64,000 nucleotides of DNA from NCBI GenBank assembly GCA_037968395.1, contig JBBKVK010000357.1, forward strand, positions 7-64,006, given 5' to 3'. Below, piece by piece: positions 38,879 to 48,305 of the stretch (positions are counted from its first letter, which is position 1; the number at the start of each line of letters is the position of its first letter). The DNA is from Saprospiraceae bacterium. Its GTDB lineage: Bacteria > Bacteroidota > Bacteroidia > Chitinophagales > Saprospiraceae. The notes under the pieces are model-generated. The model saw nothing but the letters and a program-made list of their open reading frames with translations. It did no database searches and was not told the origin of the DNA. Made by a program: the position numbers and the translations under genes.

Positions 38879-40285
38879 CTATGTATTTACTAAAAGATTA
38901 ATTTTTTCAATTCTTCTATTGGTAACAGTTATAATTTTAAGCGTTACTTCTTTTATTTTTAGTTCTTGTTCTACAGCAGGTATGACTCCTAAGTGTTCTA
39001 TAATCATCCCACCAAGAGAATCAGCATTGCCTTTTACATCATCAAAGTAACTTGGACTTTCACCTATTACTTTACTTACATCATGTAATAAACTCTTTCC
39101 TTCAAAGATATAATTACCCTCGCCTAACTCTATATAATTTACTTCCTCTTCTTCGTCAAATTCATCCATTATTTCTCCAATAACCTCCTCCATTATATCT
39201 TCCAAAGTAATAATTCCTTCAGAGCCGCCGTATTCATTAACAACTATGGCCATGTGCAGCCTTTTCAACTGAAACTCCCGTAAAAGATCATCAATTTTCT
39301 TTGATTCAGGTACAAATAGAGCACTTGGTCTAATTAATTTTTGCCATTCAAAATCTGGCTTTTCATTGATATGGCCAAGTAAGTCTTTAATATATAGAAT
39401 ACCTACGACTGTGTCAAAATCTTCTTCATATACAGGTAGTCTAGAATATCCAGATTCTTTTAATATTCTTAATACATCTGAATAAAGCGCAGATCGATCT
39501 ATGGCAATTACATCAACCCTTGATTTCATAATTTGCTTAGCAGATAGGTCACCAAAATTTATAATACCTTTCAAAATATCCATATCTTGTTGAGACTCCA
39601 AATCATTCATCCCAGTAAGCTCTATCGCTGTATCTAAGTCTTCTTTACTTGACCCTGTCTGATAATTTCTGCTTCTTGCAATCCTTCTTTCTATCGTATT
39701 TCCCCAATTAACCAAAATAGAACTAAAAGGGGTGAATATGAAATTTAGAAACTTTAGTGGGCCTGACATTAAATGAGCAAACCTTAAATTATCAATATTG
39801 GCATATATCTTTGGTGCAACCTCTCCAAATAACACCAATATAAAAGTCACAAAGACTACTGTCAAAAAGAAGTTAAGTCCAATGGCAATGGTATGAGCTT
39901 CTAATAAACCACCTATGATATTATCTGATAAATATTGACCAACTGTCTCTAAAGATGCAGGAGGCAGTAAGTTATTTATAACAAGTTGGGTGACAATTAC
40001 TATCGCAATGTTCACAAAATTGTTAGATATTAATATGGTGGCTAATAACCGTTTAGGCTTTGCCTTTAAGGCTAATATCCTGTGAGAGGCTACTGTGTTT
40101 TCTTCTTCTAAGGTTCTTACATTAGATGCATTTAATGAAAAGAATGCCACTTCTGATCCAGATATTAATGCTGAGCAGATAATTAAAATGATAAGGAACA
40201 ATATGACTAGTCCTAACTGAACTGACATCATTTGAAAAAAGGATAAAAATAAAAACCCTATTAAACTGGGGGGGTCTGCTTCCAA
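38879..40285 (-). CDS. gldE: Gliding motility protein GldE (CNNM/DUF21 TM domain, two CBS domains and CorC_HlyC)
   Basis: The domain order is visible in the translation. ssb-gldE-gldD synteny. TTG start, but the N-terminal DPPS motif fits GldE homologues. Confidence 0.8.
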   Translation of the reverse strand: MEADPPSLIGFLFLSFFQMMSVQLGLVILFLIILIICSALISGSEVAFFSLNASNVRTLEEENTVASHRILALKAKPKRLLATILISNNFVNIAIVIVTQLVINNLLPPASLETVGQYLSDNIIGGLLEAHTIAIGLNFFLTVVFVTFILVLFGEVAPKIYANIDNLRFAHLMSGPLKFLNFIFTPFSSILVNWGNTIERRIARSRNYQTGSSKEDLDTAIELTGMNDLESQQDMDILKGIINFGDLSAKQIMKSRVDVIAIDRSALYSDVLRILKESGYSRLPVYEEDFDTVVGILYIKDLLGHINEKPDFEWQKLIRPSALFVPESKKIDDLLREFQLKRLHMAIVVNEYGGSEGIITLEDIMEEVIGEIMDEFDEEEEVNYIELGEGNYIFEGKSLLHDVSKVIGESPSYFDDVKGNADSLGGMIIEHLGVIPAVEQELKIKEVTLKIITVTNRRIEKINLLVNT

Positions 40286-40321
40286 TTTGATTACTTTTTA
40301 ATTAAAAATGTATCGTTAATG

Positions 40322-40849
40322 TTAAAATGGCAGATCATCCTCTGGCATTTCATCGACGGATGCTTGTTTTGGCGGAGTAGTTGTAGCTGATTTTGTAGGC
40401 TGTGGCGACTGAGTTGGTTGTGCAGTCTTTGCAGCTTGTATTGGTTTTGCTACTGGGTTATCTCCTGAACTGTACGGATCATCTTCTTCACTTGGGAAAG
40501 AGCTTCCTCCATCACCACTTCTTTCTCTTCTGTCTAAAGCTCTTAATATTTGTCCTTCTACTTCAGTAATAGACTTTTCAACTCCATTGCTGTCTTGGTA
40601 AGTCCTAGTTCGTAACCTACCTTCTACATAGACCATGCTACCCTTCTTAAGGTCTCTTTCTGCTAACTCAGCTAAGTACCTCCATACCACCACTATGTGC
40701 CATTCCGTACGGTTTTGCCATTCGCCAGCCTTATCTTTATAACTTTCGTTAGTTGCTACAGAAAATCTTGCAACACTTGCTCCATTCTCTAAATGTCTAA
40801 CTTCAGGGTCTTTTCCTAAATTGCCTATTAATGTAACCTTATTAATCAT
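40322..40849 (-). CDS. ssb: Single-stranded DNA-binding protein
   Basis: OB-fold N-terminus (MINKVTLIGNLGKDPEVR), Pro/Gln-rich linker and acidic tip DDLPF. Confidence 0.9.
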   Translation of the reverse strand: MINKVTLIGNLGKDPEVRHLENGASVARFSVATNESYKDKAGEWQNRTEWHIVVVWRYLAELAERDLKKGSMVYVEGRLRTRTYQDSNGVEKSITEVEGQILRALDRRERSGDGGSSFPSEEDDPYSSGDNPVAKPIQAAKTAQPTQSPQPTKSATTTPPKQASVDEMPEDDLPF

Positions 40850-40871
40850 TGTCTAGTTGTCTTTGTAAATT

Positions 40872-40879
40872 CAAATATA
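40872..40879 (-). promoter_or_regulatory. Bacteroidota -7 promoter box (TATATTTG on the minus strand) upstream of ssb
   Basis: Plus-strand CAAATATA lies 23-30 nt upstream of the ssb ATG at 40849. Confidence 0.3.
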
Positions 40880-40967
40880 GAAAAAAAATATTTCATAATG
40901 CGTTAATTGCTATGTAATAAGCACACAATTTAAAATCTATATTTTTATAATTAAGTGCAAAATTAAA

Positions 40968-42035
40968 TTAATTATCGATGATACTGTCAATATGTTTTGA
41001 TAATATCACAGGAAAAGCAAATTTTCGCTTATTTTTATTGTTCATTAATTGAAAATCACTGCCAATCTGGTCAATTTTACTTACCAATTTTACTTTATGA
41101 ATTGTTACATAAATATTTTGATGGGAAAGAATATGTTTATCGAGCCTATATGTTGATTTTATTACATATTGGTCTGATAATTTAGGTAAAATACTTTTAA
41201 CCAGATCATCAATTTTGGTCTTTAAAGGATGTAAATCAGTCATCATTTCTATTAAAGGAAAATCAAAAAGGCCTTGCCAGATATCTTTATTAATTCTTTT
41301 AGATATTACTGTATTTATGCCATCAGATACGATGAAGTAATTAAAATATCTGGTTGTTTTAGTTATTTTTTTTGATTTCGTGGGTATAAAAGAAACCAAG
41401 TCTTGATCATACGCTACACATACATCACTAAATGGACAACTAACACAGCTTGGATTTTTTGGTGTACAATAGAGTGCTCCAAAATCCATAATGGCTTGAT
41501 TAAAAGCAGCTGGCTTATTTGGCAAAAAGACTTTATCTAATTTTAGTTTAAGGTCTTTAATTGTTTGAGATTGATCTATTGGATCACTAATGCCAAAATA
41601 TCTCGACATCACCCGCTTGACATTGCCATCTAATACTGGATATGGTAATCCATAAGCGAAACTTGCTATAGCAGCCGCTGTATAATCTCCAACACCTTTT
41701 AATGCTCTTATGTTTTCATATTTAATTGGGAAAATGCCATCATGCAACTCAACTATTGTTTTAGCTGCAAAATGTAGATTTCTAGCTCGACTATAATATC
41801 CCAAACCTTGCCAAGCCAATAATACTTGCTCTTCGGTAGCATTCGCCAAGTCATTAACTGTTGGGAATAGGTCAATAAATTTAAGGTAATAAGGTGTGCC
41901 TTGCTCCACTCTGGTCTGTTGGAGTATGATCTCAGACAACCATATTTTGTAGGGATCATTAGTAGATTTCCAAGGGAGTTCTCTATCTATCGATTCGTGC
42001 CAAATAAGTAGTGTTTTACCAAATGATGATGCCAA
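40968..42035 (-). CDS. mutY: A/G-specific adenine DNA glycosylase
   Basis: HhH-GPD core, 4Fe-4S cluster C-x6-C-x2-C-x5-C (CTPKNPSCVSCPFSDVC) and a C-terminal NUDIX-like domain. Confidence 0.9.
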   Translation of the reverse strand: MASSFGKTLLIWHESIDRELPWKSTNDPYKIWLSEIILQQTRVEQGTPYYLKFIDLFPTVNDLANATEEQVLLAWQGLGYYSRARNLHFAAKTIVELHDGIFPIKYENIRALKGVGDYTAAAIASFAYGLPYPVLDGNVKRVMSRYFGISDPIDQSQTIKDLKLKLDKVFLPNKPAAFNQAIMDFGALYCTPKNPSCVSCPFSDVCVAYDQDLVSFIPTKSKKITKTTRYFNYFIVSDGINTVISKRINKDIWQGLFDFPLIEMMTDLHPLKTKIDDLVKSILPKLSDQYVIKSTYRLDKHILSHQNIYVTIHKVKLVSKIDQIGSDFQLMNNKNKRKFAFPVILSKHIDSIIDN

Positions 42036-42043
42036 ATTATTGT

Positions 42044-43066
42044 CTAAATTTTACCATTATCTTCTCGATAAATCAATTGAGACATTACATGCCCAACTTT
42101 TCCTAATACTGTTTTGTCAATTATCGTGATATCGTCTTTATGTGTATGGTGGTAGTGACCAAAAGCAATCGAATCTTGGCCTGACACATTTTTCACTACT
42201 GGTCTATTGATTATATCTACCATTGGAAATCCTCTAAACTTCATCACATAGTAATGATCATCTACAATAGTATCTGTATCCTTTTCTGTAAATAGATCAC
42301 CATAACCCAAATGGTCAGCCAAAGACCAAATTTTATTTAATTGTGTTAGTGCATTATTGGCAGAAATAGCCTCATGCCCAAAGTGAGCATCTTTAGCTCC
42401 AATCATATCAAGTAATACGCCATAGTTAGCAAAGTAAGCAGGTTTGTGAGGATTCTGTCCCCAGTATTGAGATCCAAGACACCAAGATTCCATGGCACCA
42501 TTTGGTTCGCCTTGATCCTCAGCATCAAATAATATGATATCAATTCCTACATAAGTCAATGGTTTATTCTTCATCATTCTTGCCAACTCAATCAGTGCTG
42601 CGGTCCCACTAGCTCCATCATCTGCTCCCATGATAGGCTTATTCTTCATCAAAGGGTCTTTATCTTTTTCTGCAATTAGCCTTGAGTCCCAATGAGCTGC
42701 CAACAAAATTCGTTTTTCTGCTCCTGGATTAAATGATGCAATGATATTATAACTAGGTGCATCTTTTACCCCTAGAAAATTTGCTTTAAACTCTTGAACT
42801 TCAACATTGGGTGTGTACTCCTTAAATTTAGCAACCATCCAATCTTTGCATGCTACATGTGCTTTAGTACCAGGTACTCTATGTCCAAAAGACAATTGTT
42901 TCTCAATAAAACTATACGTTGAATCTACATTAAAAGCTGGTGATTCAAAGGCTTCCAATTTTGGTGTTTCTGCCTTAGTGCCTTGATTTTTATCTTCTTT
43001 ACAACTACTAAATGCAAATAGAAATAGTAAAAGTCCAACGAATTTTAATCGAGTGTTTAGTATCAT
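42044..43066 (-). CDS. M28-family lipoprotein, glutaminyl-peptide cyclotransferase-like
   Basis: AAHWDSR and GADDGASGTAALIELAR motifs. Lipoprotein signal AFSSC. Confidence 0.65.
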   Translation of the reverse strand: MILNTRLKFVGLLLFLFAFSSCKEDKNQGTKAETPKLEAFESPAFNVDSTYSFIEKQLSFGHRVPGTKAHVACKDWMVAKFKEYTPNVEVQEFKANFLGVKDAPSYNIIASFNPGAEKRILLAAHWDSRLIAEKDKDPLMKNKPIMGADDGASGTAALIELARMMKNKPLTYVGIDIILFDAEDQGEPNGAMESWCLGSQYWGQNPHKPAYFANYGVLLDMIGAKDAHFGHEAISANNALTQLNKIWSLADHLGYGDLFTEKDTDTIVDDHYYVMKFRGFPMVDIINRPVVKNVSGQDSIAFGHYHHTHKDDITIIDKTVLGKVGHVMSQLIYREDNGKI

Positions 43067-43072
43067 TTGATA

Positions 43073-44551
43073 TTATTTATAAGACCATTCGGTCCCGTTT
43101 TTACCATCTTTTATTTCGATGTTGTGCTCAGAAAGCCGGTCTCTTATGATGTCAGAAGTAGCCCAATCTTTATTGTCTCTTGCATTGTGTCGCAATTCTA
43201 TAATGACATCCATCAATCCATTGATAGCTCCACCATCGGATCCTCCACCGTCATCGGCAAGACCTAAGACCTCATTTATCAAGCCTGCAAAACCAGATCT
43301 CAATACGTCTAACGTCTGATTACTCACTTCTGCTATTGCAATTTTACCATTTTTAAAACTATTGATCTTTGGTACTATCTCGAATAATTTAGCAATCGCT
43401 CTCGGTGTAGAAAAATCGTCATCCATCTCCGCAAAACAAGCTTCCATGGCATCTTCCAACTCTTTATCTAATAATCCATTGGTTTTAGTAGGAGATTCTA
43501 GAGCCAATACGTTTTTAAATGCCTCCATCAGCTTTTTATACCCTTTTTCTGCAGCTAACAATGCTTCATCCGTTAAGTCTAACGTAGATCTATAATGTGA
43601 TTGTAACATAAAAAACTTCACCACCATAGGGCTATACCCTTTCGTCACATGCGGACTGTCTCCTGTGAATAATTCCTCTGGAGAAATCGTATTGCCATCA
43701 CTTTTTGACATCTTTTTTCCATTCATAAGTAGCATGTTGGTATGCAACCAATAATTTGCTGGCTGGCACTTACAAGCTCCCATGTTTTGAGCTACTTCAT
43801 TTTCATGATGGGGAAACTTTAAGTCGTTACCACCACCATGAATGTCAAATGTAGTACCCAAATACTTAGTGCTCATAGCAGAACACTCCAAATGCCATCC
43901 TGGAAAACCAACAGACCATGGAGAATTCCATTTCATTAAATGTTCTGGCGCTGCTTTCATCCAAATCGCGAAATCGGCAGAATTTTTCTTTTCTGATTGA
44001 TTTTTTAGATCTCTTGTCTCTTGCAGTAAGTCTTCAAGGATTCTACCAGATAGCTTGCCATATTCTCCCGTTTCTTCCGCAAATTTTATCGTATCAAAAT
44101 ATACTGAGCCATTCATCTCATAGCCATAACCATTGTCGATAATGGTTTGAACCATTTCTATTTGCTCCAAGATATGACCTGTAGCCCTTGGTTCGATACT
44201 AGGTTTTAGGGTGTTAAACATTGCCATGATGTCGTGAAATCCATTAGAGTATTTCTGAGCGACTTCCATTGGCTCCAAGTTTTCTTTCTTGGCACCTTTT
44301 AGCATTCTATCCTCACCATCATCCAATAAATGACCAACATCGGTAATGTTTCTAACATATCGGACCTTATATCCAGCATACATTAGGTATCTATATATCA
44401 CATCAAAACTGGTGAATGTCCGCACATTACCCAAATGAACATCACTGTACACCGTAGGCCCGCAGACATACATCCCAATAAAACCTGGATTGATTGATTT
44501 AAACTCTTCTTTTTGCCTAGAAAGGCTATTGTATAGTGTAATCTTCCTCAT
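43073..44551 (-). CDS. cysS: Cysteine--tRNA ligase
   Basis: HLGN (HIGH-type) and KMSKS motifs. I place the start at the ATG at 44551 (MRKITLYNSLSRQKEEF, which aligns with the E. coli CysS N-terminus) rather than the TTG at 44560. Confidence 0.9.
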   Translation of the reverse strand: MRKITLYNSLSRQKEEFKSINPGFIGMYVCGPTVYSDVHLGNVRTFTSFDVIYRYLMYAGYKVRYVRNITDVGHLLDDGEDRMLKGAKKENLEPMEVAQKYSNGFHDIMAMFNTLKPSIEPRATGHILEQIEMVQTIIDNGYGYEMNGSVYFDTIKFAEETGEYGKLSGRILEDLLQETRDLKNQSEKKNSADFAIWMKAAPEHLMKWNSPWSVGFPGWHLECSAMSTKYLGTTFDIHGGGNDLKFPHHENEVAQNMGACKCQPANYWLHTNMLLMNGKKMSKSDGNTISPEELFTGDSPHVTKGYSPMVVKFFMLQSHYRSTLDLTDEALLAAEKGYKKLMEAFKNVLALESPTKTNGLLDKELEDAMEACFAEMDDDFSTPRAIAKLFEIVPKINSFKNGKIAIAEVSNQTLDVLRSGFAGLINEVLGLADDGGGSDGGAINGLMDVIIELRHNARDNKDWATSDIIRDRLSEHNIEIKDGKNGTEWSYK

Positions 44552-44641
44552 AAGCTGCAAAAATAGTGTAAAGATTTATAATGAGGGTAAACAGAAATGG
44601 TAAATTAGATAATTATTACATTTAAGTAAGAGACAAATAGT

Positions 44642-44686
44642 GAAAACAAAAAAGACCGCTCTCACAATCCTAGACTGTGGGCGGCC
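44642..44686 (-). terminator. Strand-specific intrinsic-terminator-like hairpin with no upstream annotated gene, from a candidate sRNA 3' end or a cysS leader attenuator
   Basis: The minus-strand RNA reads GGCCGC-C-CACA-GUCUAGGAU-UGUG-AGA-GCGGUC followed by UUUUUUGUUUU. The outer stem has a G.U pair on the minus strand that becomes an A.C mismatch on the plus strand. This is the only GC-rich patch in a 574-bp AT-rich spacer. Confidence 0.5.
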
Positions 44687-45017
44687 CTCGCTTGCTGATC
44701 TATTTACTTCTTCAATTTTCGTGGCGTTGTATATAATAGACGCATAAGACAATCTTTATGTTGGCTGATATTTTTGATTTAACACATTTTTAACCTTGAT
44801 GGGATAATGGGGCAATAAATTTTAAGTTACTTTTATCAACCGAAGAAGTAATTCCCCTGTAGGTAGTGCCTGTATGCCTTTGGCATAAACTTAAAATTAC
44901 TCCTTAGGGTTGACATTTTGTTTATATAATAAGGAAGGTCAATTCATCTCTCAATCATAAATACAATGTACTTCATTAATATATTGCTACAAAATTCATC
45001 AAAGTGAAAAAAAATTC

Positions 45018-45025
45018 TATTTTTG
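45018..45025 (+). promoter_or_regulatory. Bacteroidota -7 promoter box (TATTTTTG) upstream of mreB
   Basis: Exact TAnnTTTG match about 100 nt upstream of the mreB ATG at 45126. Confidence 0.3.
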
Positions 45026-45125
45026 CACTTTCCCCCACTTATTTTAAATAATTTAACAACAAATAGTAGACTTTACTTTTTTGAAAGTGGAGATAACTGT
45101 AATAATTAAATAGTACAAAGAAAAA

Positions 45126-46157
45126 ATGCGATTTTTAAATTTTTTCAAACAAGAGCTGGCGATTGATTTAGGTACTGCAAATACCTTAATTATTCAAGAT
45201 GGGGTGGTTGTAATTGATGAACCATCAATAGTAGCAATCAATAGGACCACTAACGAAGTAATAGCCGTAGGGTATAAAGCCATGCAGATGCATGAAAAAA
45301 CCCACGAAAACATCAAGACAATTAGACCACTAAAAGACGGAGTAATTGCTGACTTTCAAGCTGCTGAAGCTTTGATTCAGGGCCTAATTGGTATGATCGG
45401 AGAAAAAAGAAGATTTTTTACCCACTTAAAAATGGTAATCTGTATACCTTCAGGTATCACCGAAGTAGAAAAAAGAGCAGTCTTTGACTCTGCGGATCAC
45501 GTAGACTCTAAAGAAACATATCTTATCCATGAACCTATGGCTGCAGCCTTAGGAATTGGTCTTGATGTAGAAGAGCCAATTGGTAATATGATCGTCGATA
45601 TAGGAGGTGGCACTACTGAGATAGCAGTTATTGCACTATCAGGGATAGTAACTGACCAATCTATAAGAGTTGCTGGTGATGAGTTTACCAACGACATCAT
45701 TGACCACATGAAGCGTAAACACAATCTACTGATTGGTGAGCGAACAGCAGAGCAAATCAAAATTAATGTTGGGGCTGCAACTGCAGAACTTGAAAATCCA
45801 CCAGAAAAATTTGCAGTCAATGGTAGAGACCTTCTTACAGGCATCCCTAAACAAGTATTTACTACACATACCGAAATAGCTGAAGCATTAGACAAATCAA
45901 TTGCTAAGATTGAAGAAGCGGTACTTAAAGCATTAGAAGACACTCCTCCAGAACTCGCTTCTGACATATACAAAACAGGTATCTATCTTACAGGTGGTGG
46001 TGCATTACTTAGAGGATTGGCTAAAAGGATTAGTAATAAGACCAAATTAATGGTCCATGTTGCTGAAGATCCACTTAGAGCAGTCGTAAAGGGAACAGGC
46101 ATGGCACTCAAAAATTCACATAGGTATTCATTCTTAATAGACCGTAGATCTTTATAG
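45126..46157 (+). CDS. mreB: Rod shape-determining actin homologue MreB
   Basis: AIDLGTANTL, IRPLKDGVIADF and DIGGGTTEIAVI motifs. 343 aa. Confidence 0.9.
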   Translation: MRFLNFFKQELAIDLGTANTLIIQDGVVVIDEPSIVAINRTTNEVIAVGYKAMQMHEKTHENIKTIRPLKDGVIADFQAAEALIQGLIGMIGEKRRFFTHLKMVICIPSGITEVEKRAVFDSADHVDSKETYLIHEPMAAALGIGLDVEEPIGNMIVDIGGGTTEIAVIALSGIVTDQSIRVAGDEFTNDIIDHMKRKHNLLIGERTAEQIKINVGAATAELENPPEKFAVNGRDLLTGIPKQVFTTHTEIAEALDKSIAKIEEAVLKALEDTPPELASDIYKTGIYLTGGGALLRGLAKRISNKTKLMVHVAEDPLRAVVKGTGMALKNSHRYSFLIDRRSL

Positions 46158-46164
46158 TATTATT

Positions 46165-46881
46165 TTGATTAGGTTTTTTTTCTTGACTCTTGTATTTATT
46201 GGCTTTTGGACATCTGGATGTAAACAAGATAAAGTAAAAACAGTAATTAGTGATTCATTAGAAAAAACGTCAATAACCGACACAATTATCTCTATTGAAA
46301 TAACTGATAATTCTAATAAAGAGTCCTTTCAAAAGATTGGTTGGACAGAGTTAACGATTAAAGACAATGTATCGATAGATATTAGATATGCTACCACTAA
46401 CAACTTTACCAAAGAAGTTATTTATCCTTGTGAAGCTTGTTATATTCGGGATACATTCGCCCAAATTCTTTTACAAATCAATAGAGAATTTATAGATAGT
46501 TTTGGCTATCGCTTAAAATTTTTCGATTGTTATAGGCCTAGTCCTGTACAGCAAAGGCTATGGGATAAATTTCCAAATCCTACATATGTGACAAATCCCC
46601 TAAAAGGATCGATGCACAATAGAGGTATGGCTGTTGATATTACGTTAACCGACAAAGATGGTGTAGAGTTAGATATGGGCACAACATATGACTTCTTTGG
46701 TGAACAAGCCCACTATGCCTATGAGAAATTACCAAATCCTGTAAAAGAAAACCGAATCCTATTAAGAACGATCATGGAAAAATATGGTTGTAAAGGGATA
46801 AGGACAGAATGGTGGCATTTTAGTTTGAAAAGCCCTTCATATGATATTGCAGATTGGGAATGGGAATGTACCGAAATCTAA
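46165..46881 (+). CDS. M15-family D-alanyl-D-alanine dipeptidase-like (VanX/DdpX-like) lipoprotein
   Basis: GSMHNRGMAVDITL and EWWHF zinc and catalytic motifs. N-terminal lipoprotein signal (FWTSGC) and a ~60-aa linker. TTG start. Confidence 0.7.
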   Translation: MIRFFFLTLVFIGFWTSGCKQDKVKTVISDSLEKTSITDTIISIEITDNSNKESFQKIGWTELTIKDNVSIDIRYATTNNFTKEVIYPCEACYIRDTFAQILLQINREFIDSFGYRLKFFDCYRPSPVQQRLWDKFPNPTYVTNPLKGSMHNRGMAVDITLTDKDGVELDMGTTYDFFGEQAHYAYEKLPNPVKENRILLRTIMEKYGCKGIRTEWWHFSLKSPSYDIADWEWECTEI

Positions 46882-46901
46882 TGTAAGGACAGAAGTCAAA
46901 A

Positions 46902-48305
46902 CTACCTCATTCTATAAGAATCCATTTTAATAGCTGCTCCTAGCATAATGGTAAAAGTCAAAAGAGAAGACCCTCCTTTACTTAAAAACGGCAGTGGAAT
47001 GCCTATTACTGGCATTATACCCATAGTCATCCCTATGTTGATAAAGAAGTGGAGGAAGATAATCCCTGCAATGCAATAAAGATAATTTCTTATAAATTCT
47101 AGTCTGGCTCTCTCTGCCATGATTACCAACCTAATGACAAGAAAAGAGAATAAAACAATAACGCCAAATACTCCTAAAAACCCTTGCTCTTCACCGACGG
47201 TGCTAAATATAAAATCTGTAGATTGTTCTGGTACATATTTTAACTTGGTCATCTCTCCATTGAGAAATCCTTTGCCAGCAAAGCCACCAGATCCAATAGC
47301 CAATTTTGATTGAATGATATTATACAAAGATCCGCTTGGATCACATTTCTCTGGCTGTAGCCAAGCATTGATCCTGTCTTGTTGGTGCGGCTTTAGATAA
47401 GTATTAAAAGCGTACTGAGTGCCAAATGAAAATAACAGTGATAAGAAAATGGAAACTCCAACTAATGTGATTAATCTAATATTTCTTTCTTTATACTGTA
47501 AAAACATTGCAACCATAGTACCTATAGCAGGAGTAACCCATGCTCCTAAAAATAATCCTTGGTTGTAAAAAATAAATGACGCCAAGAGTGAGGCTCCATA
47601 AATCGAAGTCGAACGTATATCTATTTGATAGTTGAATAATAAAAAGGCATAGGCCACATACCATACTAAAAGCAATACCAAGTTAGTGCCAGCAATAAAA
47701 GATAATATAAAGATAAAAATAAGTACAAAAGCTAAAAAGTAAAAACTTGGTGAAAGTCCTTTCCTATAAAGTAGCAAAAAAAAGGATAAGAAAACAATGG
47801 CACTTCCAGCGTCAGGCTGCAATAATATGAGTAAAATAGGAACGAAAAATATACCCAAAGTCGTGATCATTACCCTATTGGAAGAGAAGTCATGCTTTTT
47901 AACACTCATATAACTCGATAGTGCTAATGCGGTCCCGAACTTAGCTATTTCTGAGGGCTGAAAACCAACAGATCCGAATGAAAACCAAGATTTTGCCCCT
48001 TTGATTTCTGAACCAATTATCAATACCAAGATTAATAAAATAAGACTGATCGCATAAATAGGATAGGCCAGAGTATTCCAAAAATTCCATTCAATATTAA
48101 GCACCAATATGAAAACCACAACAGATATACCTACCCAAACCGTTTGTTTACCGATTTCAGAAGTGAAGTCAAGAAAGGTGAAGGTGTTATCTGGGTTATT
48201 AAATACAGAATATAACATTAGCCAACCAATAGTGATTAAGCTAAAAAATACAGCTATTGTTGGCCAGTCAAAGTTTTTAGCTTGTCCAGCATTCGCTTTT
48301 GTCAT
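46902..48305 (-). CDS. rodA: SEDS-family peptidoglycan polymerase RodA (FtsW/RodA/SpoVE)
   Basis: Polytopic. FQPSEIAKF, DFIFSTVGEEQGF and LPFLSKGGSS motifs. Confidence 0.85.
   Translation of the reverse strand: MTKANAGQAKNFDWPTIAVFFSLITIGWLMLYSVFNNPDNTFTFLDFTSEIGKQTVWVGISVVVFILVLNIEWNFWNTLAYPIYAISLILLILVLIIGSEIKGAKSWFSFGSVGFQPSEIAKFGTALALSSYMSVKKHDFSSNRVMITTLGIFFVPILLILLQPDAGSAIVFLSFFLLLYRKGLSPSFYFLAFVLIFIFILSFIAGTNLVLLLVWYVAYAFLLFNYQIDIRSTSIYGASLLASFIFYNQGLFLGAWVTPAIGTMVAMFLQYKERNIRLITLVGVSIFLSLLFSFGTQYAFNTYLKPHQQDRINAWLQPEKCDPSGSLYNIIQSKLAIGSGGFAGKGFLNGEMTKLKYVPEQSTDFIFSTVGEEQGFLGVFGVIVLFSFLVIRLVIMAERARLEFIRNYLYCIAGIIFLHFFINIGMTMGIMPVIGIPLPFLSKGGSSLLTFTIMLGAAIKMDSYRMR

Noticed and set aside
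44690-44900. T-box riboswitch upstream of the aminoacyl-tRNA synthetase gene cysS
   Set aside because: I could not find the conserved T-box sequence (AGGGUGGNACCGCG-like), a specifier-loop architecture or a stem I platform. T-boxes are also not expected in Bacteroidota. The region is kept only as a generic leader or sRNA candidate.
44561-45125. Known housekeeping ncRNA (tmRNA, RNase P RNA, SRP/4.5S RNA, 6S RNA or tRNA) in the large cysS-mreB spacer, also checked in the 48695-49038 and 60129-60431 spacers
   Set aside because: None of the hallmark motifs is visible on either strand. I looked for GGGGCUGA...CCACCA ends, GAGGAAAGUCCGG, the SRP domain IV GGAAGCAGCC-like motif and the tRNA GGTTCGAATCC T-arm. 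6S cannot be excluded by eye.
45497-45973. 158-aa antisense ORF inside mreB, plus similar embedded or antisense ORFs (for example 1686-2060, 7059-7418, 8559-8801, 26751-27029, 27347-27664, 29209-29631, 34917-35207, 43362-43595, 56500-56892, 61130-61345 and 62821-63237)
   Set aside because: All lie wholly within confidently assigned genes on the opposite strand or in another frame. They have low-complexity or Ser/Pro/Ile-rich composition and no recognisable motifs, so they are shadow ORFs.
46174-46181. T8 homopolymer at the 5' end of the VanX-like gene as a phase-variation tract
   Set aside because: Runs of 8 A/T are common throughout this AT-rich window, for example upstream of several start codons. 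There is no other evidence of slipped-strand switching.
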